A DNA stretch of 64,000 nucleotides from NCBI GenBank assembly GCA_031390205.1, contig JANMTG010000084.1:315-64314 (forward strand), given 5' to 3'. The notes under the pieces are model-generated. The model saw only the letters and a list, made by a program, of their open reading frames with translations. It was not told where the DNA came from and searched no databases. This DNA is from Gemmatimonadota bacterium. Lineage in GTDB: Bacteria; Gemmatimonadota; Gemmatimonadetes; Gemmatimonadales; Gemmatimonadaceae. Below are positions 48,555-58,533 of this stretch, one piece after another (the first letter of the stretch is position 1; every line of letters begins with the position of its first letter). The translations under genes were made by a program, and so were the position numbers.

Positions 48555-50140
48555 TGTGTCGTCTCCACCGGTCGCCTCGCCACCTGGGAGCTGCGCCCCC
48601 GCCGGCCGGAACCGGTAAGGCCGGCCGCGTAACGCCGCGCTTCGCTCAGCATCTCGCTGCGCAGCGTCGGGCCGTACCGCGCGAGGAACGGCACGAAATT
48701 CAGCATCCGCTCCTGTGGACTGCCGAACGGGTAAAGCGATCCACGCGCGGTCGCGATTTCCTCCATGGTGTCCGCGTGCTGCCGCTTTGCGGCGGCGACG
48801 AGCCGACGCTCGAATCGGTCGAGCCGTCGCATCAGATTCGCGCGCAGTCCTCCCGTCACAGACGAGGAGACGGGGGCGTGCTCGCGTTCCACCGTCTCAC
48901 TCAGCACATCGAGGCGCTCGTCAAGCAGCGCGCGCGTCGCGTTCAGCTCGGCTAGCACCGGCTTGGGCAGACGGGCGCGGGCCACCCGACGCTCCACTTC
49001 ATGAGGGTCGCGCAGGTCTTCGGGCAGCAGATACAGCTTCTCAAGAATTCGCTCCACGTGCGGCTCGATGATGGTGCAGGACCAGCGCGGCACTATCGCC
49101 GGCCGCGCGGCACCCAGGGCGTCGGCGATCGGGCCGACCTGCGCGAAATAGGCGATCTCCGCTGGTCCCCCGACATAAGTCGCGGTTGGGAGAATCGCGC
49201 GCTCTACGACCGGCCGCAACAGGACGTTGGGCCCGAGCTCCGATCTCGATGAATTCTTCGCCGCTGCCTTGATCGGGACGCGCTTGCGCTCGCCCCCCTC
49301 GGAGCTGAAGACCAGGGAGAGCCCGGCGACATCCTGGACTTGCGCCTTGTAGCCGGCGGCCTCGATGTCGCTGTTCCGGGCGGAAAGCCGGTCGGCGATC
49401 TCTCCCGCCTTCTCTAGCGCCGCTCTCAGTACGGGCAGCGCCGCGCTGCGCGTGACGGGGTGCGCCGCGTCGAGCACCGCAATTCCCAGCGGTTCAAAGA
49501 GCGCGCGCAAAAACGATACATACGCCGATCCTATCGTCGCCTGAGTCGTGTAGAACTTCTCCAACAGCTCGAGCGGAAGTGGATCTATTGCCGAGCCGGC
49601 AGAGCGCGCCAGCGCCTCCAGCTCGTCGGAGACATCTCCCAGGGGCATATGCGACATCGAGCGTCCGAGTGCCTCCGTGTGATCTATGCGCAAGCGCTGA
49701 GCGCCGCCACTGACTGCGATTGCCGCAACGCTTGCTTCCCTGAAATCCGCGTCGTCGGTAGCCGCCCAGAAAATGGGCGCTACCGGAATGCCGGTTATGT
49801 CCTCGAGGTCATCTGCCAACGCGAGTGCGCTGAGAGCCTTGCAGAGCGTATAAACTGGACCGCCGAACAGGCCGGGTTGTTGCCCCGTCGTGATGACGAC
49901 GCCGCGTCCGGCCGAGGCCGCCGCGAGACGCTCCGCGGCGCGGCCAGACGCGTCGAGCGCCGGCGCGAGTCCCGCCAGCCAATCCTTCGGCGACTGGGCA
50001 CGCACCGATTCCAGACGGGTGCGCCAGGCATCTGCTTCCCGCGGCAGCGGCTCGTACCAGCCCTCGGGTGTCCTTCCCTCGATCGCGGCGAGGGCGAGCG
50101 GGTTTCCCGCGAGCGCCTCGGTAACGACACGCGGATTCAT
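48551..50140 (-). CDS. bshC: bacillithiol biosynthesis cysteine-adding enzyme BshC
   Basis: Start MNPRVV... overlaps the methyltransferase stop (ATGA). TGQQPGLFGGPVYTLCKA...PVAPIFWAATDDADF matches the BshC (YllA) signature region. About 530 aa. Confidence 0.82.
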   Translation of the reverse strand: MNPRVVTEALAGNPLALAAIEGRTPEGWYEPLPREADAWRTRLESVRAQSPKDWLAGLAPALDASGRAAERLAAASAGRGVVITTGQQPGLFGGPVYTLCKALSALALADDLEDITGIPVAPIFWAATDDADFREASVAAIAVSGGAQRLRIDHTEALGRSMSHMPLGDVSDELEALARSAGSAIDPLPLELLEKFYTTQATIGSAYVSFLRALFEPLGIAVLDAAHPVTRSAALPVLRAALEKAGEIADRLSARNSDIEAAGYKAQVQDVAGLSLVFSSEGGERKRVPIKAAAKNSSRSELGPNVLLRPVVERAILPTATYVGGPAEIAYFAQVGPIADALGAARPAIVPRWSCTIIEPHVERILEKLYLLPEDLRDPHEVERRVARARLPKPVLAELNATRALLDERLDVLSETVEREHAPVSSSVTGGLRANLMRRLDRFERRLVAAAKRQHADTMEEIATARGSLYPFGSPQERMLNFVPFLARYGPTLRSEMLSEARRYAAGLTGSGRRGRSSQVARRPVETTQ

Positions 50141-50895
50141 CGACGCCTCGAGAACAGAATCGTCCGCGCCGAATCTTCGCTCCACGGCGCGCCGGCGTAG
50201 TCGCCGGCGCGCGTGACGACATCGAACCCGGCCGCATCCAGCATTTCCTCCAGCTCCAACGACGACAGGAGCCGAACGCGCTCGAGGTATTCCTTGCCGC
50301 GCACGCGGATCGTCTTCTCGACGAACTTTCGATCCGCACTGATGCGGCGAAACTGCTCGACCGTCGACCCGCCCACCACCCGCTCGTCGCGCGCCACGAG
50401 GTTTCGTCGAACTTCGCCGGGGTTCAGAAAATCGAGGACGAAGGTGCCGCCCCGCTTAGTCGCCGTGCCCACGCGCTTGAGGACCTGGGCATGCTCCCGG
50501 TCGTCGTCGAAATAGCCAAAGCTGGTGAAGAGATTCACGGCGAGGTCGAAGCTCTCCGGGGCGAAAGGAAGCTCCCGCATGTCGGCGCGGACGTACGGCG
50601 CAGCCGGTGATTCGCGGCGGGCCACCTTCAAGAGCGCCGAAGACAGGTCGAGTCCCACCGTCCACCACCGATCGCAAAGCAGTCTCGCGTGCCTGCCGGC
50701 GCCGCAGCCGAGGTCGAGCACCGATTCGACCGCTCGTCCTTCCATGTGCGCTGCAATGAGATCAATCGCCTTGGCCGCATCGGTCTCGTCCCGGTGAGGA
50801 TAAAGTCGAAGATACTCGTCGCCGAACCAGTGCTCGAACCAGTCCGCCGGCTCGGTCGGCCGCTGGTGCGCGGACGGAGCATCAGCCACGATCAC
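50137..50895 (-). CDS. class I SAM-dependent methyltransferase
   Basis: SAM motif I VLDLGCGAGRH and post-I/II motifs (DLSSALL, FDLAVNLF). 4-nt overlaps with rlmH upstream and bshC downstream. Confidence 0.82.
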   Translation of the reverse strand: MIVADAPSAHQRPTEPADWFEHWFGDEYLRLYPHRDETDAAKAIDLIAAHMEGRAVESVLDLGCGAGRHARLLCDRWWTVGLDLSSALLKVARRESPAAPYVRADMRELPFAPESFDLAVNLFTSFGYFDDDREHAQVLKRVGTATKRGGTFVLDFLNPGEVRRNLVARDERVVGGSTVEQFRRISADRKFVEKTIRVRGKEYLERVRLLSSLELEEMLDAAGFDVVTRAGDYAGAPWSEDSARTILFSRRR

Positions 50896-51356
50896 TTATG
50901 GTACGGCTCACCGCGCACGATTGTCCCGGCGCGGTAGATCTGCTCGGCGAGGACCAGACGTGCAAGCTCGTGCGGCAGCGTCCACGGCGCGAGCGAGAGG
51001 CGCATTTGAGAGCTCCCAGCCAGATCGGCGGCGAGCCCATGGGCGCCACCGATCAGGAAAGCGAGATCACGGTCCTGCTCGCGAGCACTCCGCAACAGAT
51101 CTGCGAATTGTTCCGAATCGAGTGACTCGCCCCCGGGCTCGCACGCGACTGTCCGCGCTCGCCCGGGAATCTTTGCCGCGAGGCGGACACCTTCTCGCTC
51201 GCGCACCCGATCCTCGGGTGACCCGCTCCCCCGCTCCTCCCGCACCTCATGCACTTCGAGCGGCCAGTAGCGCGCCGCTCGAGTCTCGTAGTCGCGAATC
51301 GCCTCGCCCAGTGCCTGGTTTCTCGCCTTCCCCACGACTGCGACGACCAGCCGCAT
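50892..51356 (-). CDS. rlmH: 23S rRNA (pseudouridine1915-N3)-methyltransferase RlmH
   Basis: SPOUT-family pattern FLIGGAHGL...LSLAPWTLPHELARLVLAEQIYRA...GEPYHK. Confidence 0.9.
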   Translation of the reverse strand: MRLVVAVVGKARNQALGEAIRDYETRAARYWPLEVHEVREERGSGSPEDRVREREGVRLAAKIPGRARTVACEPGGESLDSEQFADLLRSAREQDRDLAFLIGGAHGLAADLAGSSQMRLSLAPWTLPHELARLVLAEQIYRAGTIVRGEPYHK

Positions 51357-52664
51357 CTATGCGTAGATGCCGCGAAGCCTGTGGACGGTGGCAACCCTGC
51401 TGATCGAGAGCATGTAGGCCGCTGTGCGCATGTTCACCCGGTGCTGGCGCGAGAGATCGAGGACGTCCTTGAAGCTGCGGCGCATGATCGTTTCGAGCCT
51501 GTCGTTGACGAGATCTTCCGTCCAGAAGTATCCGCCCCGATCCTGCACCCACTCGAAATACGACACGGTGACACCCCCGGCGTTGGCCAGGATGTCGGGG
51601 ATGACGAACACGCCCTTCTCGTCGAGTATGGAATCGGCGGCCGCCGTAGTCGGACCGTTCGCCCCTTCGCAGATTACCCGCGCCCGAATGTCGGCGGCGT
51701 TCTTGGTGGTGATGACGTTCTCCAGGGCAGCCGGCAGGAGCACGTCCACATCGAGCGTCAGCAAGTCAGCGCCCGAGATGCTGTCGCCACTCTTATATCC
51801 GTCGAGCGAGCGATTCTTCTTCACGTGTGCTATCGCGTCGTCAATGTCGATTCCGTTCTTGTTGTAGAGCGACACCGACCGGTCTCCAATAGCGACAATC
51901 TTGCAGCCCTCGCCGGCGAGGAGCTGGGCGGCGACGGACCCGACGTTTCCGAACCCCTGAACCGCCACCGTCGTTCCCTTAACCGGCATCCCGAGGTGCT
52001 GCAGCGCATCGCGCGTCACGATCATGCAGCCGCGGCCCGTGGCCTCCCGCCTGCCAAGCGAGCCACCCAGCTCGAGCGGTTTCCCCGTCACCACCGCGGT
52101 GCTGGTGTGACCCACGTGCATCGAGTAAGTGTCCATCACCCACGCCATGACGCGCTCGTTGGTGTTCACATCAGGGGCGGGGATGTCGGAGTCGGGGCCG
52201 AGAAGATGGATGATTCCCGAAGTGTACCGGCGGGTGAGCTTCTCGAGCTCAATCGCGCTCATTGACAAGGGATCGCACCGGACGCCGCCCTTGGCGCCAC
52301 CGAACGGGATGTTGACGACGGCGCACTTCCACGTCATCCACGCGGCGAGCGCTTTCACTTCCTCGAGGGTCACGTTGAGGTCGAAGCGTATTCCCCCCTT
52401 GGCCGGTCCGCGCGACGTGTTGTACAGCACCCGATACCCTTCGTAAACGCTCACTTCTCCGTTGTCCATCATCACGGGGATCGACACGATTACCTGCTTC
52501 TCGGCCTGACGCAGCACCTTGTACATCCCGGGCTCGAGGTCGAGGAGCTCGGCCGCCCTGTCGAATCGCGACATCATCGCCTCGAACGGGTTTACCTCGT
52601 CCAGGAAACGGTCCTTGTCCGGGCGGACGAGCTTATGGGCGGGTATTCGAATATCCGTGGCCAT
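51357..52664 (-). CDS. gdhA: Glu/Leu/Phe/Val-family glutamate dehydrogenase
   Basis: GPAKGGIRF catalytic Lys motif and GFGNVG dinucleotide fold; 435 aa. Confidence 0.93.
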   Translation of the reverse strand: MATDIRIPAHKLVRPDKDRFLDEVNPFEAMMSRFDRAAELLDLEPGMYKVLRQAEKQVIVSIPVMMDNGEVSVYEGYRVLYNTSRGPAKGGIRFDLNVTLEEVKALAAWMTWKCAVVNIPFGGAKGGVRCDPLSMSAIELEKLTRRYTSGIIHLLGPDSDIPAPDVNTNERVMAWVMDTYSMHVGHTSTAVVTGKPLELGGSLGRREATGRGCMIVTRDALQHLGMPVKGTTVAVQGFGNVGSVAAQLLAGEGCKIVAIGDRSVSLYNKNGIDIDDAIAHVKKNRSLDGYKSGDSISGADLLTLDVDVLLPAALENVITTKNAADIRARVICEGANGPTTAAADSILDEKGVFVIPDILANAGGVTVSYFEWVQDRGGYFWTEDLVNDRLETIMRRSFKDVLDLSRQHRVNMRTAAYMLSISRVATVHRLRGIYA

Positions 52665-52699
52665 GATCCGGGATCAACGTTTTGTCGGGAGCCTGGGGC

Positions 52700-53728
52700 T
52701 CACTGTTTCAGCGCGAGCAGATCGTCCATCAACCGGTCGATATGTTGCTTGCCATCTTCGACCTTCAAGCGTTGTGAAACATACCATAATGACCCCGCTT
52801 CGGGAGGCCAAAAAGATTCCAGCTTCACCGCGTCTTTGAGAGTGCAAACAGCGAAATCGGAGGCCAGCGCCGACTCGGAAAGCCGTTGCGCATCGCGTCG
52901 CGTGAAAGCGTAATGATCGGGAAAGCTGTGCGGCCGCACGACCGCGCCAAGTCGCGTGAGCTGTCGGAAAAACGCGTCGGGATGTGCGATCGCCGCGATC
53001 GCCGTGACGTCGGCTCCATCCAGCGCCTGGAGCGGCATGGTCTGTCCGGTGGCGGTGCTTCGCAACTCTCCGGGCGCCAGCAGAACGCTGGCCACGGGGA
53101 TGCCGGGCGCAGCAGCGGCGACGGCGTGCTTCACCGTCATCACGCTCGCTATGTCGGACGTTTTTCGTGTTATGATCACCAGCGAGGCCCGTCGCACCGC
53201 GCTCAACGGTTCACGCCACGGGCCCGCCGGCAGCAGCCTCCTCGTTCCGGTCCACGCGTCGGCGTCGATGAGCACCACATCGGCATCTCTCGCCGCGCGG
53301 CGGTGCTGAAACGCATCATCGAGCACGATCATGTCCGCGGCTTCGGCAAGCGCCTCTCTCATTCCGCGCACGCGGTCCGAGCACGCGACGACGCACATGC
53401 CTTCGTTCAGCCGCTGGTGAACGAGAGTCTCATCGCCACCGTACCCGCGCAGGACGATCGCTGGATTTGCCCCGCGTTCCAGCAGCTGCCGCGCCAGCCA
53501 TGCCGCGACGGGAGTCTTGCCCGTGCCCCCGACACTCAGGTTTCCGACGCTGACCACGGGCACCGATACATCGTGCGCCTTGAGCAATCCGCGACTGTAC
53601 AGGAAGTTGCGCCCTCCTACGGCGGTGCGGTACGCTCCCTCGGCAGGTGACAGCAGCGCCCTTCCCACCCGCGCCCCCCTTCCGCCACCGCTCCACAGCG
53701 TGACCAGGGCGGCACGCAGATCAATCAC
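52700..53728 (-). CDS. lpxK: tetraacyldisaccharide 4'-kinase
   Basis: P-loop context VVSVGNLSVGGTGKTP; lpx operon context. Confidence 0.9.
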   Translation of the reverse strand: MIDLRAALVTLWSGGGRGARVGRALLSPAEGAYRTAVGGRNFLYSRGLLKAHDVSVPVVSVGNLSVGGTGKTPVAAWLARQLLERGANPAIVLRGYGGDETLVHQRLNEGMCVVACSDRVRGMREALAEAADMIVLDDAFQHRRAARDADVVLIDADAWTGTRRLLPAGPWREPLSAVRRASLVIITRKTSDIASVMTVKHAVAAAAPGIPVASVLLAPGELRSTATGQTMPLQALDGADVTAIAAIAHPDAFFRQLTRLGAVVRPHSFPDHYAFTRRDAQRLSESALASDFAVCTLKDAVKLESFWPPEAGSLWYVSQRLKVEDGKQHIDRLMDDLLALKQ

Positions 53729-54371
53729 CAGCGAGCTCCGCGGCCGCGTTCATCAATGCCTCGACTCTGGGTCCCTCGTTCGCCGCGGCGCGGGCAGAAG
53801 GAGAATCGACAGTTGTCGGATTTCCATAGGCAACGGTAATCCGCGCGAACGGTTTCGGAATGACGAACCTGTCCCAGCTCCCGAGTCTCCACGCGCGGTC
53901 CGCCGCCGCGGCGACCGGGAGGATCGGCGCGCCCGACCTCTGCGCGGCGATGAGCGCGCCGGGAGCAAAGGTTCGCGCCGGCCCCCGCGGGCCGTCGGGG
54001 GTTATCGCTACCTCGTGGCCTGCTTTCAGCTCGCGTACCAGCGAAAGAAGGGCGCGCTCCGCCCCGCGCGTGGTCGAGCCCCGAATCAACCGATAGCCAA
54101 GCCACTGCGCGGTGCGCGCAATGAGCTCGCCGTCCTTGTGCTCGCTGATCAAAATCGAGACGTCGGATCCCCTGTGGTGCCAGAGCAGAGGCAGCAGATG
54201 CCCGTGCCACAGCGAAAAGATGAAGGGCTGCCGGGCTCGGCGCAGGTCACGGAGCGGCGCGTCATTGAGGACGCGGAAGCGCCAGGTGGCAGCGAGAGCG
54301 CCGAGCAAACCTTTGCCGAGTAGAAGCGTCAGGCGGGAGCGCCAGGCCACGCGATCGTCTTCTTCCTTCAT
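53721..54371 (-). CDS. DUF374 (lysophospholipid acyltransferase-like) protein
   Basis: FSLWHGHLLP...HKDGELIA...ITPDGPRGP pattern. Sits between lpxB and lpxK. Confidence 0.72.
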   Translation of the reverse strand: MKEEDDRVAWRSRLTLLLGKGLLGALAATWRFRVLNDAPLRDLRRARQPFIFSLWHGHLLPLLWHHRGSDVSILISEHKDGELIARTAQWLGYRLIRGSTTRGAERALLSLVRELKAGHEVAITPDGPRGPARTFAPGALIAAQRSGAPILPVAAAADRAWRLGSWDRFVIPKPFARITVAYGNPTTVDSPSARAAANEGPRVEALMNAAAELAGD

Positions 54372-55489
54372 GTCCGCGGCGTCAGCAGATCACTGACGAT
54401 GCGGGCGACACGGTCCGCGGCGCCTGGAGAGCCCAGCTTCGACCGCACTTCCGCCAGCCCCGCGATCGCCTTGCTGCGACTGGGCGAATCCGGATCAATC
54501 AGCTCATCGATCGCGTTTGCCATGCGCATTGGAACGATCTCGTTCTGGATGAATTCCTCGGCGACCTCGCGCCCGGCGACGACATTCACCAGGCCGATGT
54601 GCGAAATCTTCACGACCTTCTTCGCCAGCGCGAACGAAATGTTGCCGGTGCGGTAGGCCACCACGAGCGGACATTCGGCGATTGCCGCCTCGAGGGTCGT
54701 CGTTCCGCTCTTGCACAGCGCCGCGTCAGCGGCCCGCAACACGGTGAGGGACGCCGAGTGTACGAGCCGGAACGGACAGCGCGCGGAGTCGAGGGCGACG
54801 GTCGGCGCGACGCTCACAATCACCTCGAGGTCCTTCCTCCGGCGCTGGAGCTCCCTCGCGGTGGCGACGAAGGCATCGATGTGGCGGTCGATCTCCTGCT
54901 GGCGGCTGCCTGGAAAGAGGGCGAGCACCGGAACGTTCTGTGGGAGTGAAAGCGCTTCGCGGGCCTCCAGTTTCGTCGGCATGGCGACCGCGCGGTCAAG
55001 CAACGGATGGCCGACAAAGACCGCGTCGATGCCGTGTGCGCGGAGGAGCGGTTCCTCGAACGGCAGAATGACAGCCGCCTTCGTGACGTAGCGCGCGAGC
55101 TTGGGGATGCGCCCCGCGCCCCACGCCCACACCTGAGGCGTGACATAGTAAACGACGGGCACGCCGGCACGCCTGGCGGCGGCCGCCACCTTCATGTTGA
55201 AGCCCGGATAATCGATGAGTACAATCAGCGCCACGTCGCCGCGATGGAGCATCGTTGTCAGCTTCCGCAGCAGCCGGAAGTGTCGGGGGACGTGGCGGAG
55301 CACTTCAAAAAAGCCCATCACCCCGAGCTGGTTGTCGCGGTGAACGAGCTCGACACCCTGCTCCGCCAATCGCGAGCCGCCAACCGCCGCCAGGCCAAGC
55401 TCGGGTCTGATGCGGCGCAAAGCGGCAGCCACACCGGCAGCGTGCAGGTCGCCGGAAGCCTCTCCGGCGACGAACAGGACTTTACCCAT
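54368..55489 (-). CDS. lpxB: lipid-A-disaccharide synthase
   Basis: VAGEASGDLHAA N-terminal signature; 373 aa; operon context. Confidence 0.93.
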   Translation of the reverse strand: MGKVLFVAGEASGDLHAAGVAAALRRIRPELGLAAVGGSRLAEQGVELVHRDNQLGVMGFFEVLRHVPRHFRLLRKLTTMLHRGDVALIVLIDYPGFNMKVAAAARRAGVPVVYYVTPQVWAWGAGRIPKLARYVTKAAVILPFEEPLLRAHGIDAVFVGHPLLDRAVAMPTKLEAREALSLPQNVPVLALFPGSRQQEIDRHIDAFVATARELQRRRKDLEVIVSVAPTVALDSARCPFRLVHSASLTVLRAADAALCKSGTTTLEAAIAECPLVVAYRTGNISFALAKKVVKISHIGLVNVVAGREVAEEFIQNEIVPMRMANAIDELIDPDSPSRSKAIAGLAEVRSKLGSPGAADRVARIVSDLLTPRT

Positions 55490-56483
55490 TCGGCACGGCT
55501 ATGCCCGTCAGCGAGGGAAGTGTCTCCTCAATTTCCCTGACTATCCGGAGCGCCACTCCCAGTGCCAGTCTCCCATCCTCGCCCGTCACGACGACCGGCC
55601 CCTCACCCGTCAGCGCGGCCACGAAGCTCTCGAGCTCGAGTTTGAGCGGTTCGCCCTCGGGTGCTTCAAGCGGAATTCTGTCCACAAAGCCGGCGATGTC
55701 GACCGGCGCGGTGCGTACGGTCAACTGGTCGATGTCCGGCTTCAGCCGGAAGAATTCTCCCGTGCCCGCCGCGAGATCGAGCGACAGGTAACCGTTCTGC
55801 TGGAAGATGCGAATCTTTCTCTTGCGCTCGCGGGAGATACGGCTGGCGGTAATGTTGGCGACCGCCCCGGAGGCGAACGTCACGCGGGCGTTGGCAATGT
55901 CCAGCATCGGCGTGAGAACCGGGACTCCAACCGCCGCGATGTCTTTCGCGGGCGAACCAACCAGCGTCAGCAGCAGGTCGATGTCGTGGATCATCAGGTC
56001 GAGCACGACCGCGACATCCGACCCGCGCGGACTGAAGGGAGCGAGGCGCTCACTGTCTATGAACCGTGGCTTGCTGACAAAGGGCAGCGCCGCCCGCACC
56101 GCACGATTGAACCGCTCGATGTGCCCGATCTGGACTGTCACACCACGCTCCCGGGCGAGCGAGAGGAGTGAATCCGCCTCCTCGAGGGTGGTCGTGATCG
56201 GCTTCTCGATGAAAACGTGCCTGCCCTTGTCAATGGCCTCGCTCGCCACCGCGAAATGCGCCGGGGTCGGCACCACGATTATCACCGCGTCCGCAACCTC
56301 GAGGAGGTCGGCAAGCGATCGGTGCGCGGTAACCCCCAGCTCCTCCTCCACCTCCGAGGACCGCTCGCGCTTCGTCTCCACGAACCCGGCGAAACGGATC
56401 CCTGGAAGGTCGCGGAGAATTCGGATATGGTGGAAGCCGAGACTGCCCGCGCCGACGACACCGACGCGCGGAAGAGTCTTCAA
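55482..56483 (-). CDS. Gfo/Idh/MocA-family NAD-dependent oxidoreductase (GnnA-like position)
   Basis: VGVVGAGSLG Rossmann fold, EKP motif (VFIEKP), and a C-terminal oxidoreductase domain. Located between lpxA and lpxB with overlapping stop/start codons. Confidence 0.85.
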   Translation of the reverse strand: MKTLPRVGVVGAGSLGFHHIRILRDLPGIRFAGFVETKRERSSEVEEELGVTAHRSLADLLEVADAVIIVVPTPAHFAVASEAIDKGRHVFIEKPITTTLEEADSLLSLARERGVTVQIGHIERFNRAVRAALPFVSKPRFIDSERLAPFSPRGSDVAVVLDLMIHDIDLLLTLVGSPAKDIAAVGVPVLTPMLDIANARVTFASGAVANITASRISRERKRKIRIFQQNGYLSLDLAAGTGEFFRLKPDIDQLTVRTAPVDIAGFVDRIPLEAPEGEPLKLELESFVAALTGEGPVVVTGEDGRLALGVALRIVREIEETLPSLTGIAVPNG

Positions 56484-57259
56484 ATCACTACTCCACGCTC
56501 GCTCGCCTCGACGAAGCGTATCAGCTCTTTCACCTCGGGAAAGAGCTCGAGCTCCGTCTGCGCGCGCTCGATCGCCTGTGAAACGTTGAGATCCGAGCGG
56601 AAGAACAGTCTGTACGCGCGCTTGAGCTCCCGGATCGTGTCCTCGTCCATTCCACCGCGTTGCAAACCGACCGTATTCAGCCCGTAAAGCTTGACGGGAT
56701 TCCCCACCGCTTTGAGGAAGGGCGGAATGTCCTTCGACACCCTTGCCATTCCACCAATGAACGCGTGCCGCCCGATGCGAGCGAACTGATGGACAGCCGA
56801 CATCCCGGAAAGAATCGCCTTGTCCTCAATCGTGACGTGCCCCGCGAGCTGGACGACGTTGGACAGGATGACGCCATCGCCCAGCCGGCAGTCGTGCCCA
56901 ATATGCACGTATGACATGAGCAGACAGTCGCGGCCAACGGTGGTCTTGAACGAATGCGCCGTGCCGCGGTTGATCGTCGCGTACTCGCGAATCACCGTTC
57001 CCTCGCCGATCTCGACCGTCGTTTCCTCACCGGCGTACTTGAGGTCCTGCGGCGCGCCACCGAGCACCGTGCCGATGCCGACCTTCACGCCGCGGCCCAG
57101 CGTCACATTTCGCTCGAGAGTTGCCCGCGGCGAAATCACCGATCCGTCACCGATCGTGCAGCCCTCGCCCACTATCGCGAACGCCCCGATCTCCACACCG
57201 TCACCGATCTCGGCATCTGGCGAGACGATCGCGGTGGAATGGATGCGGGACTGTGTCAT
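56480..57259 (-). CDS. lpxA: acyl-ACP:UDP-N-acetylglucosamine O-acyltransferase
   Basis: N-terminal IHSTAIVSPDAEIGDG hexapeptide repeats and a C-terminal helical domain; 259 aa. Confidence 0.93.
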   Translation of the reverse strand: MTQSRIHSTAIVSPDAEIGDGVEIGAFAIVGEGCTIGDGSVISPRATLERNVTLGRGVKVGIGTVLGGAPQDLKYAGEETTVEIGEGTVIREYATINRGTAHSFKTTVGRDCLLMSYVHIGHDCRLGDGVILSNVVQLAGHVTIEDKAILSGMSAVHQFARIGRHAFIGGMARVSKDIPPFLKAVGNPVKLYGLNTVGLQRGGMDEDTIRELKRAYRLFFRSDLNVSQAIERAQTELELFPEVKELIRFVEASERGVVI

Positions 57260-58533
57260 CTATCGCGGACCATCGCCGCCATGTCAGCCTCCGCCACCAC
57301 CTCTCCATCGACCTTTCCCACGCCGCGCATCTTGCACACGCTGCCCCGCAGCTGCACGATCTCCAGCTCGAAGCGGATCTGGTCTCCGGGCTTGACTGGC
57401 CGGCGGAATTTCACGTTGTCGAGCGACATGAAGTAAACCACCTTGCGGTCGGGATCTTCGACCGATCCCATCAGCAGCATGCCCCCCACCTGCGCCATCG
57501 CCTCGATGATCAGCACTCCCGGCATGATCGGATGCCCGGGGAAGTGTCCCTGGAAGAACGGCTCGTTGATCGTGACGTTCTTCAGCCCCACGATGCGCTT
57601 GTTCGCCTCGATTTCGAGAATCCGGTCTACCAGCAGGAACGGATAGCGGTGCGGCAGAACCTTCATGATGTCTTCTATGGTGTACATCCCCTTCTCCTTT
57701 TTCTCCTTTCGGCCGGCTTTGACCATCTCCCGAACCAGCGTGACCGTGCCCCGATGGCTCGGCTTCACCGCTACTATCCGCGCCCGCACACGCGCGCCGG
57801 CGAGCGCCAGGTCTCCGACACAGTCCAGCGCCTTGTGGCGGACGAACTCATCGCTCCAGCGCAATTCACCACTCAGAACATCGGTGTCGTCCAGCACGAC
57901 GGCGTTCTCCAGCGACGCCCCCTTGATCAGACCCTTGGCGCGGAGAGCATCCACTTCGTGAATGAAACCAAAAGTCCGGGCCGACGAAAGCTCGCTGGCG
58001 AAGCACTCCGCCGTCACGTTGAACCGGCGCGACTGGCGGCCGATCAATGGATGAGGGAACTCGATGGTCACATCCAGCTCGAGCCGCTCGCATGGATAGG
58101 CCTCGTAGACCGATGCTCCATCGATGATCCTGAGCGGCTCGGTGAGCTGCAAATAGTCCGGCTCACCGTCAACAGCCGCAAGGCCCGCCTCCAGGAATGC
58201 CGTCAGAAACGGTGCGGCGCTCCCGTCCAGTATCGGCGGCTCCGGACCGTCCATCTCGATCGTGAGGTCGTCGATCCCGGTCCCGCTCACGGCGGCAAGG
58301 ACATGCTCGACCGTATGAACGGCGTTGGCGCCCTTTCCAAGCCGTGTATGGCGGTCGCTGCCGCTCACTTCACTGACGTGCGCCTTGATCTTGGGAGAGC
58401 CCGGCCGGTCGATGCGGCGGAAAACGATCCCCTGTCGTGACGGAGCAGGCTGGAAAGTCACGCGGCACGGAACACCTAGATGCAGCCCAATCCCCTCAAG
58501 CTGCGCTGGCCGCGCCAGAGTTTTCCGGCTCAC
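57256..58533 (-). CDS. lpxC/fabZ: bifunctional UDP-3-O-acyl-GlcNAc deacetylase / 3-hydroxyacyl-ACP dehydratase
   Basis: The N-terminal LpxC half carries HTVEHVLAA and HKALD motifs. The C-terminal FabZ half carries [13 protein letters not shown] and GHFPG. Confidence 0.94.
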   Translation of the reverse strand: MSRKTLARPAQLEGIGLHLGVPCRVTFQPAPSRQGIVFRRIDRPGSPKIKAHVSEVSGSDRHTRLGKGANAVHTVEHVLAAVSGTGIDDLTIEMDGPEPPILDGSAAPFLTAFLEAGLAAVDGEPDYLQLTEPLRIIDGASVYEAYPCERLELDVTIEFPHPLIGRQSRRFNVTAECFASELSSARTFGFIHEVDALRAKGLIKGASLENAVVLDDTDVLSGELRWSDEFVRHKALDCVGDLALAGARVRARIVAVKPSHRGTVTLVREMVKAGRKEKKEKGMYTIEDIMKVLPHRYPFLLVDRILEIEANKRIVGLKNVTINEPFFQGHFPGHPIMPGVLIIEAMAQVGGMLLMGSVEDPDRKVVYFMSLDNVKFRRPVKPGDQIRFELEIVQLRGSVCKMRGVGKVDGEVVAEADMAAMVRDR

